Assembly: GCA_022729705.1 (NCBI GenBank)
Contig: DZAX01000010.1
Coordinates: forward strand, 5,037 to 69,036
Origin: Helicobacter cetorum
Lineage (GTDB): Bacteria > Campylobacterota > Campylobacteria > Campylobacterales > UBA6016
DNA: 64,000 bases
Direction of reading: 5' to 3'
Within the stretch, counting starts at the first letter, position 1. Every line of letters starts with the position of its first letter. Of this stretch, positions 45,181 to 55,258 are shown piece by piece. The position numbers and the translations under genes were made by a program. The notes below the pieces were generated by a model, which saw nothing but the letters and a program-made list of their open reading frames with translations, did not search any database and was not told the DNA's origin.

Positions 45181-47991
45181 TTAATCCATGCCGACAAGCA
45201 AAAGCCTCCCGCCCCTATTGAGCGCCAAATATGCGAGACTCTTAAGCCCCAAAATCTCTTCGACAATATTGCGATATGTATTTAGCTGTTTTTTGTACCC
45301 CTCTTTTGCCTCAAACGAACTCTTAAAATCAACAATAACAGCCCTATCTTCAAATACAAGCAGGAGGTCTATTCTATATAGCTTTAGCTCTCCATCCTCT
45401 TCTTTGCAGACGCTTATCTCTTTGTGTATCTGAGGGGTCTTAGAACCAGACAGTAGCTTTGTCGCGTCAAAACTACGCGCCAAATCAAGAGCCGACAAAA
45501 GAGAGTCGCCAAGCGCCATGCCATACTTGTTTTGCACATATATTTTTGCTTTTTCGCCATCTTGCAAGCCGTTGATACTCTCAAAATAGCCGTGCATCGC
45601 AAGTCCGAAATTTATAGCGCCGTAGTCGCTTGGGGCAAACGTCCCCTCTTTTATATACTCATCTTGCGCTTCTAGCTTTGCGCTGAGCTTTACACCGTGA
45701 TAGCTTTTTTTGTCCGGCTTATTTTCACCACTCTTTTTAAACTCTTTTTTGTTTGCGCTTTTTGCGTCAAGCCCCAAAGCCTCTAGCTTTGAATACCCCT
45801 CCCCTTTTTGAATCACGCAAAGACCGTATTTGGCTCTTGTCATCGCCACATAGTTTGCGTTTAGGAGGTCGATTTTGCTCATTCTCTCCTCTTCTTCCAT
45901 CGCTTCTCTCACATTTGAAAGCATGATTTTTGCGCTTTTGGAGGTTACTACTAGCTCTGTTAGTTTGAAGTTTTTGTGGCGTTCTAGTATTGGCGGAGTT
46001 CCCTTGCCGTCTCTTTTTTTTAGCGTATCGCAGACGATACAATACGCAAACTCCAAACCCTTTGATTTATGCACCGTCATTAGGTTTACGCCGCCGGAGC
46101 GAATAGATATTTTTTGCTGACTCTGCACGGCTTTGGAGGTCAAAAAACCAAACAAATCATCGTGTGTTGCGGCTATTTCGATAAGTTTTACGGTATTTGG
46201 GGATGCTAACGCAAAAAAATCTACCACACAAAACGCTATTTTGGAAGGCGAATATACAGATGAGAGTTGCGCAAAAAGCTCGTCAAACTCATCTTCTCCG
46301 CTTTTTGTAAGAGCCAAAAATTCAAGCTTAGCAAGCCTGCAATCTCGCCCCAATCTCTTAAGAGCCGCATACTCCAAAAAGCTCATTACAGCGGCTACGC
46401 CCTCGTCGCTGTGAAGTGTTTTTGAGCTTTCCTTTTGCGTTTTTACGCCGTTTGTTTCCAAAAATGAAGCTATCTCCTCCACGTCGTCGTTTGTGTAGGC
46501 AAGTATCGTAATATCATCAGCCTTTGCGCCGCCCTCCAAAAATGAGTTTACTTTGTTTAGCGTAGCGCTCAAAATATCGTCGCCGTTTACCGTCTCAACC
46601 TCCGCAAAACCATCGTCAGAGCTTGCGCTTTTTTGTGTTTTGAACACATCTTTGTATTGCGCCGCAAAGCTCTCGTTTACAAAAGTCACAGGAGCTTTAG
46701 AGCTTCTAAAGTTTGTATCCAAATACATCTCTTCATATCTGCCAAGAGCTTTTGATTTCACATATCCCGTAGCGTTTTCAAACATCCCCGCCGCCGCTCC
46801 GCGAAAGCGATATATCGACTGCTTTGGATCGCCTACTAGAAAAAAGCTCTTAAACTCGCCCGTACCCACACCCGAGACTATCTCATCTAGTAGCGGGCGG
46901 ATAATACGAAACTGCAAAATACTCGTATCCTGAAACTCGTCTATCAAAATATGGTCGATTTCGCCGTCAAGCCTAAAATACAAAAAGTCGCTATCTATTT
47001 TGCCATCTTCCAAAAGCTCTCTTACGAGTTTGGCGACGTCGTCAAAACCAAGTGCGTTTTTTTCTTTGTTGATACTCATTCTGGCGCTTCTATACGAGTC
47101 AAAACTATCAAGCAAAAACGCTATCGTATCCCTAGCACCGCTCCTTAGATATTCGGCAAACAAAGCCTTAAGAGAGGCAAACATCCGCTCGCTCTCATCA
47201 TCTGAAAGCGCCTTATAATCTCTATGTGCGCTAAGCGTCTCGCGCTCTGTTAGCAATTTTTCAAAGCTGTTTGATTTTAAAAATTCATGCGGCGAGGTAA
47301 AAAATCTAAGCGGATATTTAGCTGGCTTTTTACGGTTCAAAAACTGATAAAAACCGTTTGCCTCATCCAAAAAAAGCTTTGAAGAGGCGAAAAACTCCGC
47401 TCTATCATACCCTGCAAACCCCTGTTTAATAACGACAAGGTCGCTCTCTTCTTCATAAAGCGCTTCAAATAGCGACATTATCTTCAAAACGCTCTCGTTT
47501 TTACTAAGCAGATAACCAATAAACCTCTTCTTATCCGGCAACATCTCCAAAAATCTCTGCTTTAACTCCCCCTCGTCAAGCATAAAAAGCTCAAAGTCAT
47601 GCCGCACATTTGCATAAAAACAAAACTTGCGCAAAATCTGATGCACAAAACTATCTATTGTAGAGATTTTGTTGTTTGAGGATAAAAACTTTTCAAGCAG
47701 GAGTTTTGCCTTTTTTTGCACATCTCCATCATAAAGCGAATCTATCTGTTCGTAAAGCGAAGAGCCCGCACCTATTTTGCCATCAGACAGCCCTATAAGC
47801 GTCTGGGCAATTCTCTCCCTCATCTCTTTTGCCGCTTTTTTTGTAAATGTAACCGCCAAAATCTTAGACGGGTGCGCACCCAAAAAAAGTAGGCTAAGAT
47901 AGCGCAAAGTAAGCTGATAAGTCTTACCGCTTCCCGCACTTGCATTGATGGCTAAGATGTTTTTGAAGTCGGTTTTTATTTTTTTATCCAT
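45181..47991 (-). CDS. addA: AddA/RecB-like UvrD-family helicase-nuclease
   Basis: Walker A ASAGSGKTYQL, ILIDEFQDTS, VGDPKQSIYRFRGA. C-terminal PD-(D/E)xK-like RIDLLLVFEDRAVIVDFKS. Confidence 0.85.
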   Translation of the reverse strand: MDKKIKTDFKNILAINASAGSGKTYQLTLRYLSLLFLGAHPSKILAVTFTKKAAKEMRERIAQTLIGLSDGKIGAGSSLYEQIDSLYDGDVQKKAKLLLEKFLSSNNKISTIDSFVHQILRKFCFYANVRHDFELFMLDEGELKQRFLEMLPDKKRFIGYLLSKNESVLKIMSLFEALYEEESDLVVIKQGFAGYDRAEFFASSKLFLDEANGFYQFLNRKKPAKYPLRFFTSPHEFLKSNSFEKLLTERETLSAHRDYKALSDDESERMFASLKALFAEYLRSGARDTIAFLLDSFDSYRSARMSINKEKNALGFDDVAKLVRELLEDGKIDSDFLYFRLDGEIDHILIDEFQDTSILQFRIIRPLLDEIVSGVGTGEFKSFFLVGDPKQSIYRFRGAAAGMFENATGYVKSKALGRYEEMYLDTNFRSSKAPVTFVNESFAAQYKDVFKTQKSASSDDGFAEVETVNGDDILSATLNKVNSFLEGGAKADDITILAYTNDDVEEIASFLETNGVKTQKESSKTLHSDEGVAAVMSFLEYAALKRLGRDCRLAKLEFLALTKSGEDEFDELFAQLSSVYSPSKIAFCVVDFFALASPNTVKLIEIAATHDDLFGFLTSKAVQSQQKISIRSGGVNLMTVHKSKGLEFAYCIVCDTLKKRDGKGTPPILERHKNFKLTELVVTSKSAKIMLSNVREAMEEEERMSKIDLLNANYVAMTRAKYGLCVIQKGEGYSKLEALGLDAKSANKKEFKKSGENKPDKKSYHGVKLSAKLEAQDEYIKEGTFAPSDYGAINFGLAMHGYFESINGLQDGEKAKIYVQNKYGMALGDSLLSALDLARSFDATKLLSGSKTPQIHKEISVCKEEDGELKLYRIDLLLVFEDRAVIVDFKSSFEAKEGYKKQLNTYRNIVEEILGLKSLAYLALNRGGRLLLVGMD

Positions 47992-48106
47992 AATATTTGC
48001 TTGCTCAGTTTTACTTTCGTTGTGTCAAATCTATCACTCTAATATTTTGAACTTACCAGTATGTAAGAGATATTATATACCTGATGAGTTTTATGCTACT
48101 CTTTTA

Positions 48107-48138
48107 AATGGGATGGTGCAATGTGGTAAAACTTGATA
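48107..48138. repeat. Copy B of the 32-nt intergenic repeat
   Basis: AATGGGATGGTGCAATGTGGTAAAACTTGATA; see copy A at 21590-21621. Confidence 0.7.
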
Positions 48139-48144
48139 TTGACG

Positions 48145-48867
48145 TTAAATGGCTAAGTTTGATAGAAATATCTCTTCAATTTTTGTAGCGTTTTTTAAAA
48201 AAAAGTAGTGGTCTCCATCGAAATCATAAAATTTTGAGTTTGTGATTAGCGAGGCTATTTTTTCACCGCTTTCTAATCGTGTGGCTTCATCTTGTCTCCC
48301 CCAAAATATTAAAGCTTTGTTTTGAAACTCTTTAAAATTTGGCTCAAACTCTTCATCTACGACATTTTTGAGCGTTTCGTACATATTTTTTGGCATACCA
48401 TCAGCGTCTTTTGTCGCAAAGAGTTTATAAAGAGAGTCGCCGAATATCTTTTTTAACATCTTAAAAACTCTGATTTTAAGGCGTACTTTTAACGGTTTCG
48501 GCTCAACTATACCCGATGAGCTAAGCAGGCAAAGGAGAGATGGGGAGAGTAGGGTCGCCACTTTGCCGCCAAAAGAGTGTCCAAAGATGCAAAAAGGCTC
48601 CAATCCAGACTCCGTCAAAAACTTTTTCATAATCTTTGCGTAGTCGGCGGTTGTAAGCGTATACTGGTTGTGGCTCTTGCCAAACCCGGGCATATCGACA
48701 AAAATCAGCGAAAAATCAGCAAATCTATTTGCCAATGCGCTCTTCATAACCTCTTTATTGCTACCCCAACCGTGCAAAAAGAGAATTTGACGTTTGCGCC
48801 CCTGATTTACAATATCGTACGCTATGTCAAAGCTTTTGCCGTCAATCTCAACGTGTTTTAAAGCCAC
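48145..48867 (-). CDS. Alpha/beta-fold hydrolase
   Basis: FLHGWGSN and the nucleophile elbow GHSFGG. Confidence 0.75.
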   Translation of the reverse strand: MALKHVEIDGKSFDIAYDIVNQGRKRQILFLHGWGSNKEVMKSALANRFADFSLIFVDMPGFGKSHNQYTLTTADYAKIMKKFLTESGLEPFCIFGHSFGGKVATLLSPSLLCLLSSSGIVEPKPLKVRLKIRVFKMLKKIFGDSLYKLFATKDADGMPKNMYETLKNVVDEEFEPNFKEFQNKALIFWGRQDEATRLESGEKIASLITNSKFYDFDGDHYFFLKNATKIEEIFLSNLAI

Positions 48868-49911
48868 TTATAGTTTGCCCTTTGCGCTTTTGATGTCGTT
48901 GATATATTTGTAGTCTACTTTGACGCGTCTACTATGCGGAAGAGAGCGCTCCATATTGGTAAGTAGCGCATTAAAATCCGTGAATAAATAGTTTGCAAGA
49001 CTTCCGGGAATCGGGTTTACCTCGTTTAGATATATCTCGCCCTCAACCAAGAAAAAGTCACATCTGATGATAGCTCCGTCAAATCCAAACTCATATATTT
49101 TTGCAAACGCCTCTTTGAGTTTTGTCGCCAACTCCTCGTCTATCGGGGCGGCGTCAACTTCGCTTGTTCTGGAAAAGTCCATATATTTTTTCTCAAAGTC
49201 CAAATACCCGTCTTTTTGCGGCTCTTCGATATTTGAGTAGACTATCTCACCTTTTACTTTTGCGCCCGCCACGTTAAACTCTCTGACGTTTTCGATAAAA
49301 GGCTCGACTATAACGGCATCGTCAAACTCAAACGCCACGTCAAGCGCATAATCCGTCTCTTTTTGAGTTTTTAAGATACTAACGCCGATGGAGCTTCCAA
49401 GGCGAAGCGGTTTTACGATAAGCGGATAAGCAAGAGATATTTTTTTGTCTTTATCTTTTTTTGTAATCAAAATATGCTCTATCGTTTTTACGCCGCATAT
49501 ATCTCCTAAGAATTTTGTGTATAGCTTGTTAAAGCTCATGACGCACGCCTCTAGTCTTGGGCCTATATACTCCACGCCGTAAAAGTCAAACATAGAGGCG
49601 AGTCGTCCGTCTTCGCCGTCCCCGCCGTGCGCTAGATTTACTACGCACACTTTTTCAATCTCTGAGAGTCCAAAAAATGTTTTTTTAAAAAAACCGCCTT
49701 TTTGCAAAAATAGCTGTTTTGCTTTTTTATACTCTTTTTTGGCAAAGTATGTTGATTTCATATTTGCGGACTCTATTAGCCAAAACTCTCCGCCCTCGTC
49801 CAAAAACACAAATAAAGGCTCTCTAGTAATCACCTTTTTTAAAGCGATAGCGCTTACTATACTAATTTCATGCTCATAACTATTGCCGCCAAACACACAA
49901 GCTAATCTCAA
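48868..49911 (-). CDS. ddl: D-alanine--D-alanine ligase
   Basis: FGGNSYEHEISIVSA, an ATP-grasp region, and NEVNPIPGS. Confidence 0.85.
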   Translation of the reverse strand: MRLACVFGGNSYEHEISIVSAIALKKVITREPLFVFLDEGGEFWLIESANMKSTYFAKKEYKKAKQLFLQKGGFFKKTFFGLSEIEKVCVVNLAHGGDGEDGRLASMFDFYGVEYIGPRLEACVMSFNKLYTKFLGDICGVKTIEHILITKKDKDKKISLAYPLIVKPLRLGSSIGVSILKTQKETDYALDVAFEFDDAVIVEPFIENVREFNVAGAKVKGEIVYSNIEEPQKDGYLDFEKKYMDFSRTSEVDAAPIDEELATKLKEAFAKIYEFGFDGAIIRCDFFLVEGEIYLNEVNPIPGSLANYLFTDFNALLTNMERSLPHSRRVKVDYKYINDIKSAKGKL

Positions 49912-49914
49912 TTT

Positions 49915-50469
49915 TTAAATCCTCTGTAGTTTTTTTAACGCTTCTTTGACGAGTATGCCGACGTCTTCGCCGCTTACTCCTTGCATCGCTTTTGTTATCT
50001 CTTCTTTTTTGAAGCCCAAAGTTTCAAGAGCTAGCGTGGCGTCGTTTATGGCGGTATTTTTTGGATTTTGGTCTTCAACGCTAAAACCGCCCAGCTCCAC
50101 AAGTATCCTACCCGCGCTTTTTGGACCTATCCCTACGACTCTTTTTAGATTGGCTATATCGCCTCTTGAGATAATATCGGAGAATGTGGCGGGGCTAAAG
50201 GTGGAGCATATCGCCAAAGCCGCTTTAGCGCCTATGCCGCTGATTTTGATTATGTTGTCAAACATCTTTTTTTCGCTTCTATCCAAAAAGCCGTAGAGTA
50301 GATTTGCGTCTTCCCTGATAATTTGTGTTATAAAAAGTTCGACTATTTCATTTTTGATTTCGTTGTAACAGTTTACGGAGATATTTACTTCATACGTCAC
50401 GCCGCCGACTTTGAGCCATACCGATGTCGGCTCTTTGCGGACTATTTTACCCTCAAGCATCGCTATCAT
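49915..50469 (-). CDS. ruvA: Holliday-junction helicase subunit RuvA
   Basis: MIAMLEGKI...GVTYEV, and the HhH region ISGIGAKAALAI / VVGIGPKSAGRI. Confidence 0.9.
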   Translation of the reverse strand: MIAMLEGKIVRKEPTSVWLKVGGVTYEVNISVNCYNEIKNEIVELFITQIIREDANLLYGFLDRSEKKMFDNIIKISGIGAKAALAICSTFSPATFSDIISRGDIANLKRVVGIGPKSAGRILVELGGFSVEDQNPKNTAINDATLALETLGFKKEEITKAMQGVSGEDVGILVKEALKKLQRI

Positions 50470-50512
50470 AGATTTATTTCCATTTTTTTGCGAATTTTAC
50501 CAAAAGAGGGTT

Positions 50513-52324
50513 TTAAATAGTGAACACCTCGTAATCACCCTCTGAGACTTTTCTCAAAACAACTTCTTTGATGTATGAGCCCTCCGGAACTTTTAGGCTA
50601 TACTCTCTAGGCGGGTATAAAAGTGAAAATGAGACGTTGTTAAAGCCTTGCCACATTGAGAGGGCGGTTATTTTTGCGTTTAGAACTCTGGATTGAACGA
50701 TGTCCGCTTCTCTTAGTTGCTCGTTAAGGGCTTCTTGCTCCTCCTCAAGCTCCGCTTTTATGTGCTTAACCTTTTCTATATTTTGCGCAAAATGTTTTAG
50801 TTTTGCGACAAGCACATTTGCAAGAGGCGAATTTTTTTTGCGCTCCTCTTCTATTTTTACCTTTAGATCTGTCGCATTTTTTGATTGCGCTTCGATGGCT
50901 TTCATCTCTTTTGATACAAACTCCTCTTTTTCAGAGACGCTTTTTTGTAGTTCAAAGATTTTTGTCTCCATCTCGCCAAGTGCTATCAAGGCTTCCGCAT
51001 TTGCCGCCGCCTCTATGGAGAGTTTGTTGTCGCTTCCCTGTGGAGTTCTTATCTCAATGAGTTTTGTCGCTTGTATAGCGTTGTTTGATCCTAATATTTT
51101 TATATAGCATTCATCCGCTTTTATTTTGGCACCCGTCGCTCTGCCGATTGTTGCTTTTTTGGCTACTACTTCGCCACCGTCTAGTACATCTATCTCTACT
51201 TCATCCGCTTCAATGTAGCCTTTATGGTTTTTGATATACGCTTTTGTGGCGGTTATTTTTGATGTTTTGTGGGTGTGTCCGCCGATTTTTACATCTTTTG
51301 CGACAACCGAGGCGTTGATTCCGACGTTGCCAAGCACATTTACCATAGAGGCTCGAACAGACATGTTGTCGCCTATCGCTTCAGAGTCGGGATTTGTCTC
51401 TGATATGCCGACTTTTGAGTCTGAGTCCATTCCGACGTCTATTGAGCCGGTTTTGATATTTACTTCTTTTAGTTGCACCTCTTCGCTTATGTATATCTCT
51501 GTCTTATCAAGGATTACAAAGCCGTTTTTTTGCGCTCTATATACTTTCTCTTTATCGTTTTCGACTATCTCAACGCCTTTTCCGGCTATATAGTCGCATT
51601 TTTTCATTTTTTTGTATTCAGCGGGCTTTATCATAGCACCTCTAGCGTCCCTTGAGGCTCTACCGGCTCTAGCTTTTTTATATACTATAAGGTTTGCGCC
51701 TGTTTTTACGGAGTAAATCTCTCCTTTTGAGGCTGCGTCCGCATATTTTTTAAACAAAAACTCCAAACTATCGTTTCTTGATTGAACAAAGCTCGGTGCA
51801 CGGAAAAGGTCTATTCTGATTTGTTTATCTAGCGTTTTGTTTTCTCTTAAATATTCACAAAAAGCCGCAATATCTCTCTTCGTAACACTGTCATATAGTC
51901 CTATCAAAAACCCCAAGCGCAACTTTCGCTTATTGAGCTCATATTCAAGGATGCTCTCAAGCGATTCAAGAGAGTTAAAAACGGACGTAGGTTGAACGGA
52001 GGCGGTTAGAGAGGTTAAGTTTTCATTGCCTGCAATCTTAATATTTAGCGTCATATTTTCGTTCGGATGGGCGAAGCATATAAATATTTCGTATGTTTGA
52101 CGTATAGCAACTCTCTCATCAAGCCATATTGATACGTCCATCGGAGCGGTAAGCAGTTTTGGCTCAAGATCGTCAATATAGACTATCTCTGTTCTGTATC
52201 CCAATAAATCAAAATCGATTTGGGCTGGAGGTATATTTTTCTCTTTACAAAATTTTTCAATTGTCCTAGTGACTGAAGTCGTCACAACTTTGACGCCTTT
52301 TTTCTTTTGAGTCTCTTGCTGCAT
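50513..52324 (-). CDS. FapA/DUF342-family protein
   Basis: Central beta-helix-like repeats followed by a C-terminal coiled coil. Sits upstream of ruvA. Confidence 0.55.
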   Translation of the reverse strand: MQQETQKKKGVKVVTTSVTRTIEKFCKEKNIPPAQIDFDLLGYRTEIVYIDDLEPKLLTAPMDVSIWLDERVAIRQTYEIFICFAHPNENMTLNIKIAGNENLTSLTASVQPTSVFNSLESLESILEYELNKRKLRLGFLIGLYDSVTKRDIAAFCEYLRENKTLDKQIRIDLFRAPSFVQSRNDSLEFLFKKYADAASKGEIYSVKTGANLIVYKKARAGRASRDARGAMIKPAEYKKMKKCDYIAGKGVEIVENDKEKVYRAQKNGFVILDKTEIYISEEVQLKEVNIKTGSIDVGMDSDSKVGISETNPDSEAIGDNMSVRASMVNVLGNVGINASVVAKDVKIGGHTHKTSKITATKAYIKNHKGYIEADEVEIDVLDGGEVVAKKATIGRATGAKIKADECYIKILGSNNAIQATKLIEIRTPQGSDNKLSIEAAANAEALIALGEMETKIFELQKSVSEKEEFVSKEMKAIEAQSKNATDLKVKIEEERKKNSPLANVLVAKLKHFAQNIEKVKHIKAELEEEQEALNEQLREADIVQSRVLNAKITALSMWQGFNNVSFSLLYPPREYSLKVPEGSYIKEVVLRKVSEGDYEVFTI

Positions 52325-52485
52325 AAAACTTGCCCTTTTGCTTTTGATAAGTCCGAATTACCGACGTTTTTAAAATTTTTGCTCTTAGATAGTAGTTTAT
52401 CATCAAAAAGCTTATCATTTATCGCAAAGTTAGATGTTATGCGTACGACAGGCTTAGTTAACCACCATTTAGGTAAAATGGCAAA

Positions 52486-53898
52486 ATGTTTAAATCCATC
52501 TTTACAAATTCGGCGGGCATTCTTACGTCCAGAGTGTTAGGTTTTGTGCGGGATATGCTAACCGCAAGTGCGCTTGGGGCGGGTGTTTTTAGCGATATTT
52601 TTTTTATAGCTTTTAAGTTGCCAAACCTATTTCGTAACATTTTTGCGGAGGGCGCTTTTAGCCAATCTTTTATTCCATCTTTTGCCGCTTCGCCAAATAA
52701 GCCGCTTTTTAGCGTTGTCGTGTTTGTTAGATTAATGGCTGTTATTATGCTTATGTCCATTTTTGTTACGATTTTTAAAGAAGCGTTTACGGCGTTTACG
52801 GCGTTTGGGTATTCGGATGAGATAAAAAAGATGGCGGCTCCAATCGTGGCTATTAACTTTTTTTATTTAGACCTTATCTTTATCGTAACATTTTTGGGCG
52901 CCTTGCTCCAATATCGAAAGCATTTTGCTACTACGGCTTTTTCTACCGCACTTCTCAATGTCGCTATGATAACATCGCTTTTTATCGCAAAAGATATGGA
53001 AAAGCTAGAGGTCGTCTACGCTCTTAGTTGGGGCGCACTTGTCGGCGGAGTCTTGCAAGTCGCCGTGCATATATTTGCCGCAAAAAAACGGGGTGTACTT
53101 AAGCTTTTGAGTGTCGGCGTGTTGCGGGCGTTTAGGGGCGACAAAAGAGCGAATGGAGACGTAAAAAAGTTTAACAGAAACTTTTTACCCTCTATCGCCG
53201 GAAGTTCAACGTCGCAAATATCGGCGTTTGTGGATGTGTGGCTAGCTACGTTTTTGGCGACGGGAGCTATTAGTTATCTTTACTATGCAAACCGTATTTT
53301 TCAGCTTCCGCTAGCCGTATTTGCGATAGCAGTCTCCATGGCTCTTTTCCCCTCTATCGCAAGAGCTCTCAATAGAGGCGAAGAAGCGGCGGCGCTTTTG
53401 CAGCTCAAAAAGGCGTTTTGGTTTTTATCGTTTTTGCTTCTTGGCTTTACGATAGGCGGTATTATTCTCTCAAAAGAGGTTATTTGGTTGGTTTATGAGC
53501 ATGGGCGTTTTACTAGAAGCGATACTGATAATACGTCGATTGTTATGGCTATGTATATGATAGGTCTTGTGCCGTTTGGGCTTTCGCGCCTTTTTTCGCT
53601 TTGGCTTTACTCAAAACATCAGCAGTTAAAAGCAGCTAAAATATCCGCTATATCGCTTTTGTTTAACGTAGTTTTTAGCTTGATTCTTATGCGGTTGATG
53701 GGTGCCGCTGGCTTAGCTTTATCCGGCTCTCTTACTGGATTTATACTATTTTTCTTGACGCTAAAAGCGTTTGGCTTTGAGAGATTAAAAACATTTTTTG
53801 ACGCGCGCTACGCTATAGCCCTCGCTATTTCTTTGACGGTTTTGGTAGTGACGCTTTTATTTGCAAAAGGGATTATTGATGCGTATTTACGACTCTAA
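52486..53898 (+). CDS. murJ: Lipid II flippase MurJ (MviN)
   Basis: SRVLGFVRDMLTASALGAG...FKLPNLFRNIFAEGAFSQSFIP. Multi-pass membrane protein. Confidence 0.9.
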   Translation: MFKSIFTNSAGILTSRVLGFVRDMLTASALGAGVFSDIFFIAFKLPNLFRNIFAEGAFSQSFIPSFAASPNKPLFSVVVFVRLMAVIMLMSIFVTIFKEAFTAFTAFGYSDEIKKMAAPIVAINFFYLDLIFIVTFLGALLQYRKHFATTAFSTALLNVAMITSLFIAKDMEKLEVVYALSWGALVGGVLQVAVHIFAAKKRGVLKLLSVGVLRAFRGDKRANGDVKKFNRNFLPSIAGSSTSQISAFVDVWLATFLATGAISYLYYANRIFQLPLAVFAIAVSMALFPSIARALNRGEEAAALLQLKKAFWFLSFLLLGFTIGGIILSKEVIWLVYEHGRFTRSDTDNTSIVMAMYMIGLVPFGLSRLFSLWLYSKHQQLKAAKISAISLLFNVVFSLILMRLMGAAGLALSGSLTGFILFFLTLKAFGFERLKTFFDARYAIALAISLTVLVVTLLFAKGIIDAYLRL

Positions 53899-55258
53899 AA
53901 CAAAACAACCAATAGAAATCAAAAACGATGAGATAAGGCTCTATGTATGCGGTCCAACCGTATATGACGATGCACATCTAGGACACGCCAGAAGCGCCGT
54001 ATCGTTTGACCTTTTGGTTCGTGTATTAAAGGCTTTGGGTAAAAAAGTCATTTTTGCGCGCAATATCACCGACATAGACGACAAAATCTTAAAAAAAATG
54101 AGAGATACGGGCGAAAGTCTTGAAGAGATAACGACAAAATACCTCAAAAGCTATTCTGACGAGCTTGCAAAACTAAACTGCTTGGCGCCTGATATTGAGC
54201 CAAAAGCCACGGAGTGCGTCGGCGATATGATAGAACTAATACAGACGTTAATTGGCAAAGACTACGCATATATCACGCCTAGCCGCGATGTGTATTTTGA
54301 CGCTGAAAAAGACGATAAGTATCTGAGCCTCTCAGGACACAAACTAGACGAGGCGCAAAGCCGCCTGGAGAAGAGCGAAAAGAAAAATATAAAAGATTTT
54401 GTCCTTTGGAAGAGCGCAAAAGAGGGTGAAGCGGTAAGTTTTCACTCTCCTTTTGGGCTTGGAAGACCGGGGTGGCATATAGAGTGCTCGGCGATGATAA
54501 AAAAATATTTGGCGAGAGAGGGTGAGTATCAGATAGATATTCACGGCGGCGGAAGCGATTTGCTGTTTCCTCATCACGAAAACGAGGCGGCGCAGAGTAG
54601 ATGCGCTTTTGGCGTTGAGCTTTCGCATATATGGATGCACAACGGCTTTGTGACGATAGGCGGCGAAAAGATGAGCAAAAGCCTTGGAAATAGCTTTTTT
54701 CTCAAAGACGCTCTTGGGCTTTACGATGGAGAGGTTATCCGTTTTTATCTTCTCTCGGCGCAATATTCGGCAAACTTCAATTTTAGCTTAGAGGATTTGG
54801 AGGCTTCCAAAAAAAGACTTGACAAACTCTATCGCCTCAAAAAAAGAGTCGGCGAGGCGGAGGCGCTTGAAGATGCGGAGTTTAAGGCGGAATTTTTGAG
54901 CTCTCTTGAAGATGACCTCAATATCTCAAAAGCGCTTGCGACTTTGGATATGTATATCGCAAAAATCAATGAAGCGTTGGATAAAAATCCAAAAGATGCT
55001 AGCGTAAAACAAAAAGCCGCTTTTGCGCTTTCGCTTGCGGCGGACACTTTGGGCGTGGGCGCCAAAGAGGCTACAGAGTATTTTCAGCTTGGGGTCGCGG
55101 ATGATGAAAAAACAAAAATAGAGGAGCTGATAGCCGCAAGAGCCGACGCAAAAAAAGTAAAAGATTTTATAACGGCGGACGCTATAAGAAATGAACTTAA
55201 AAATATACAAATAGAGCTTTTGGACACACCTAGCGGGACGCTGTGGGAAAAGGCGTAA
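53879..55258 (+). CDS. cysS: Cysteine--tRNA ligase
   Basis: CGPTVYDDAHLGHARS (HIGH motif) and KMSKSLGN (KMSKS motif). Start at ATG 53879. Confidence 0.9.
   Translation: MRIYDSKTKQPIEIKNDEIRLYVCGPTVYDDAHLGHARSAVSFDLLVRVLKALGKKVIFARNITDIDDKILKKMRDTGESLEEITTKYLKSYSDELAKLNCLAPDIEPKATECVGDMIELIQTLIGKDYAYITPSRDVYFDAEKDDKYLSLSGHKLDEAQSRLEKSEKKNIKDFVLWKSAKEGEAVSFHSPFGLGRPGWHIECSAMIKKYLAREGEYQIDIHGGGSDLLFPHHENEAAQSRCAFGVELSHIWMHNGFVTIGGEKMSKSLGNSFFLKDALGLYDGEVIRFYLLSAQYSANFNFSLEDLEASKKRLDKLYRLKKRVGEAEALEDAEFKAEFLSSLEDDLNISKALATLDMYIAKINEALDKNPKDASVKQKAAFALSLAADTLGVGAKEATEYFQLGVADDEKTKIEELIAARADAKKVKDFITADAIRNELKNIQIELLDTPSGTLWEKA

Noticed and set aside
47945-48136. 63-aa plus-strand ORF between addA and the hydrolase gene.
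   Set aside because: It starts inside addA on the opposite strand. It has no RBS or motif, and its 3' end is simply the 32-nt repeat reported separately.
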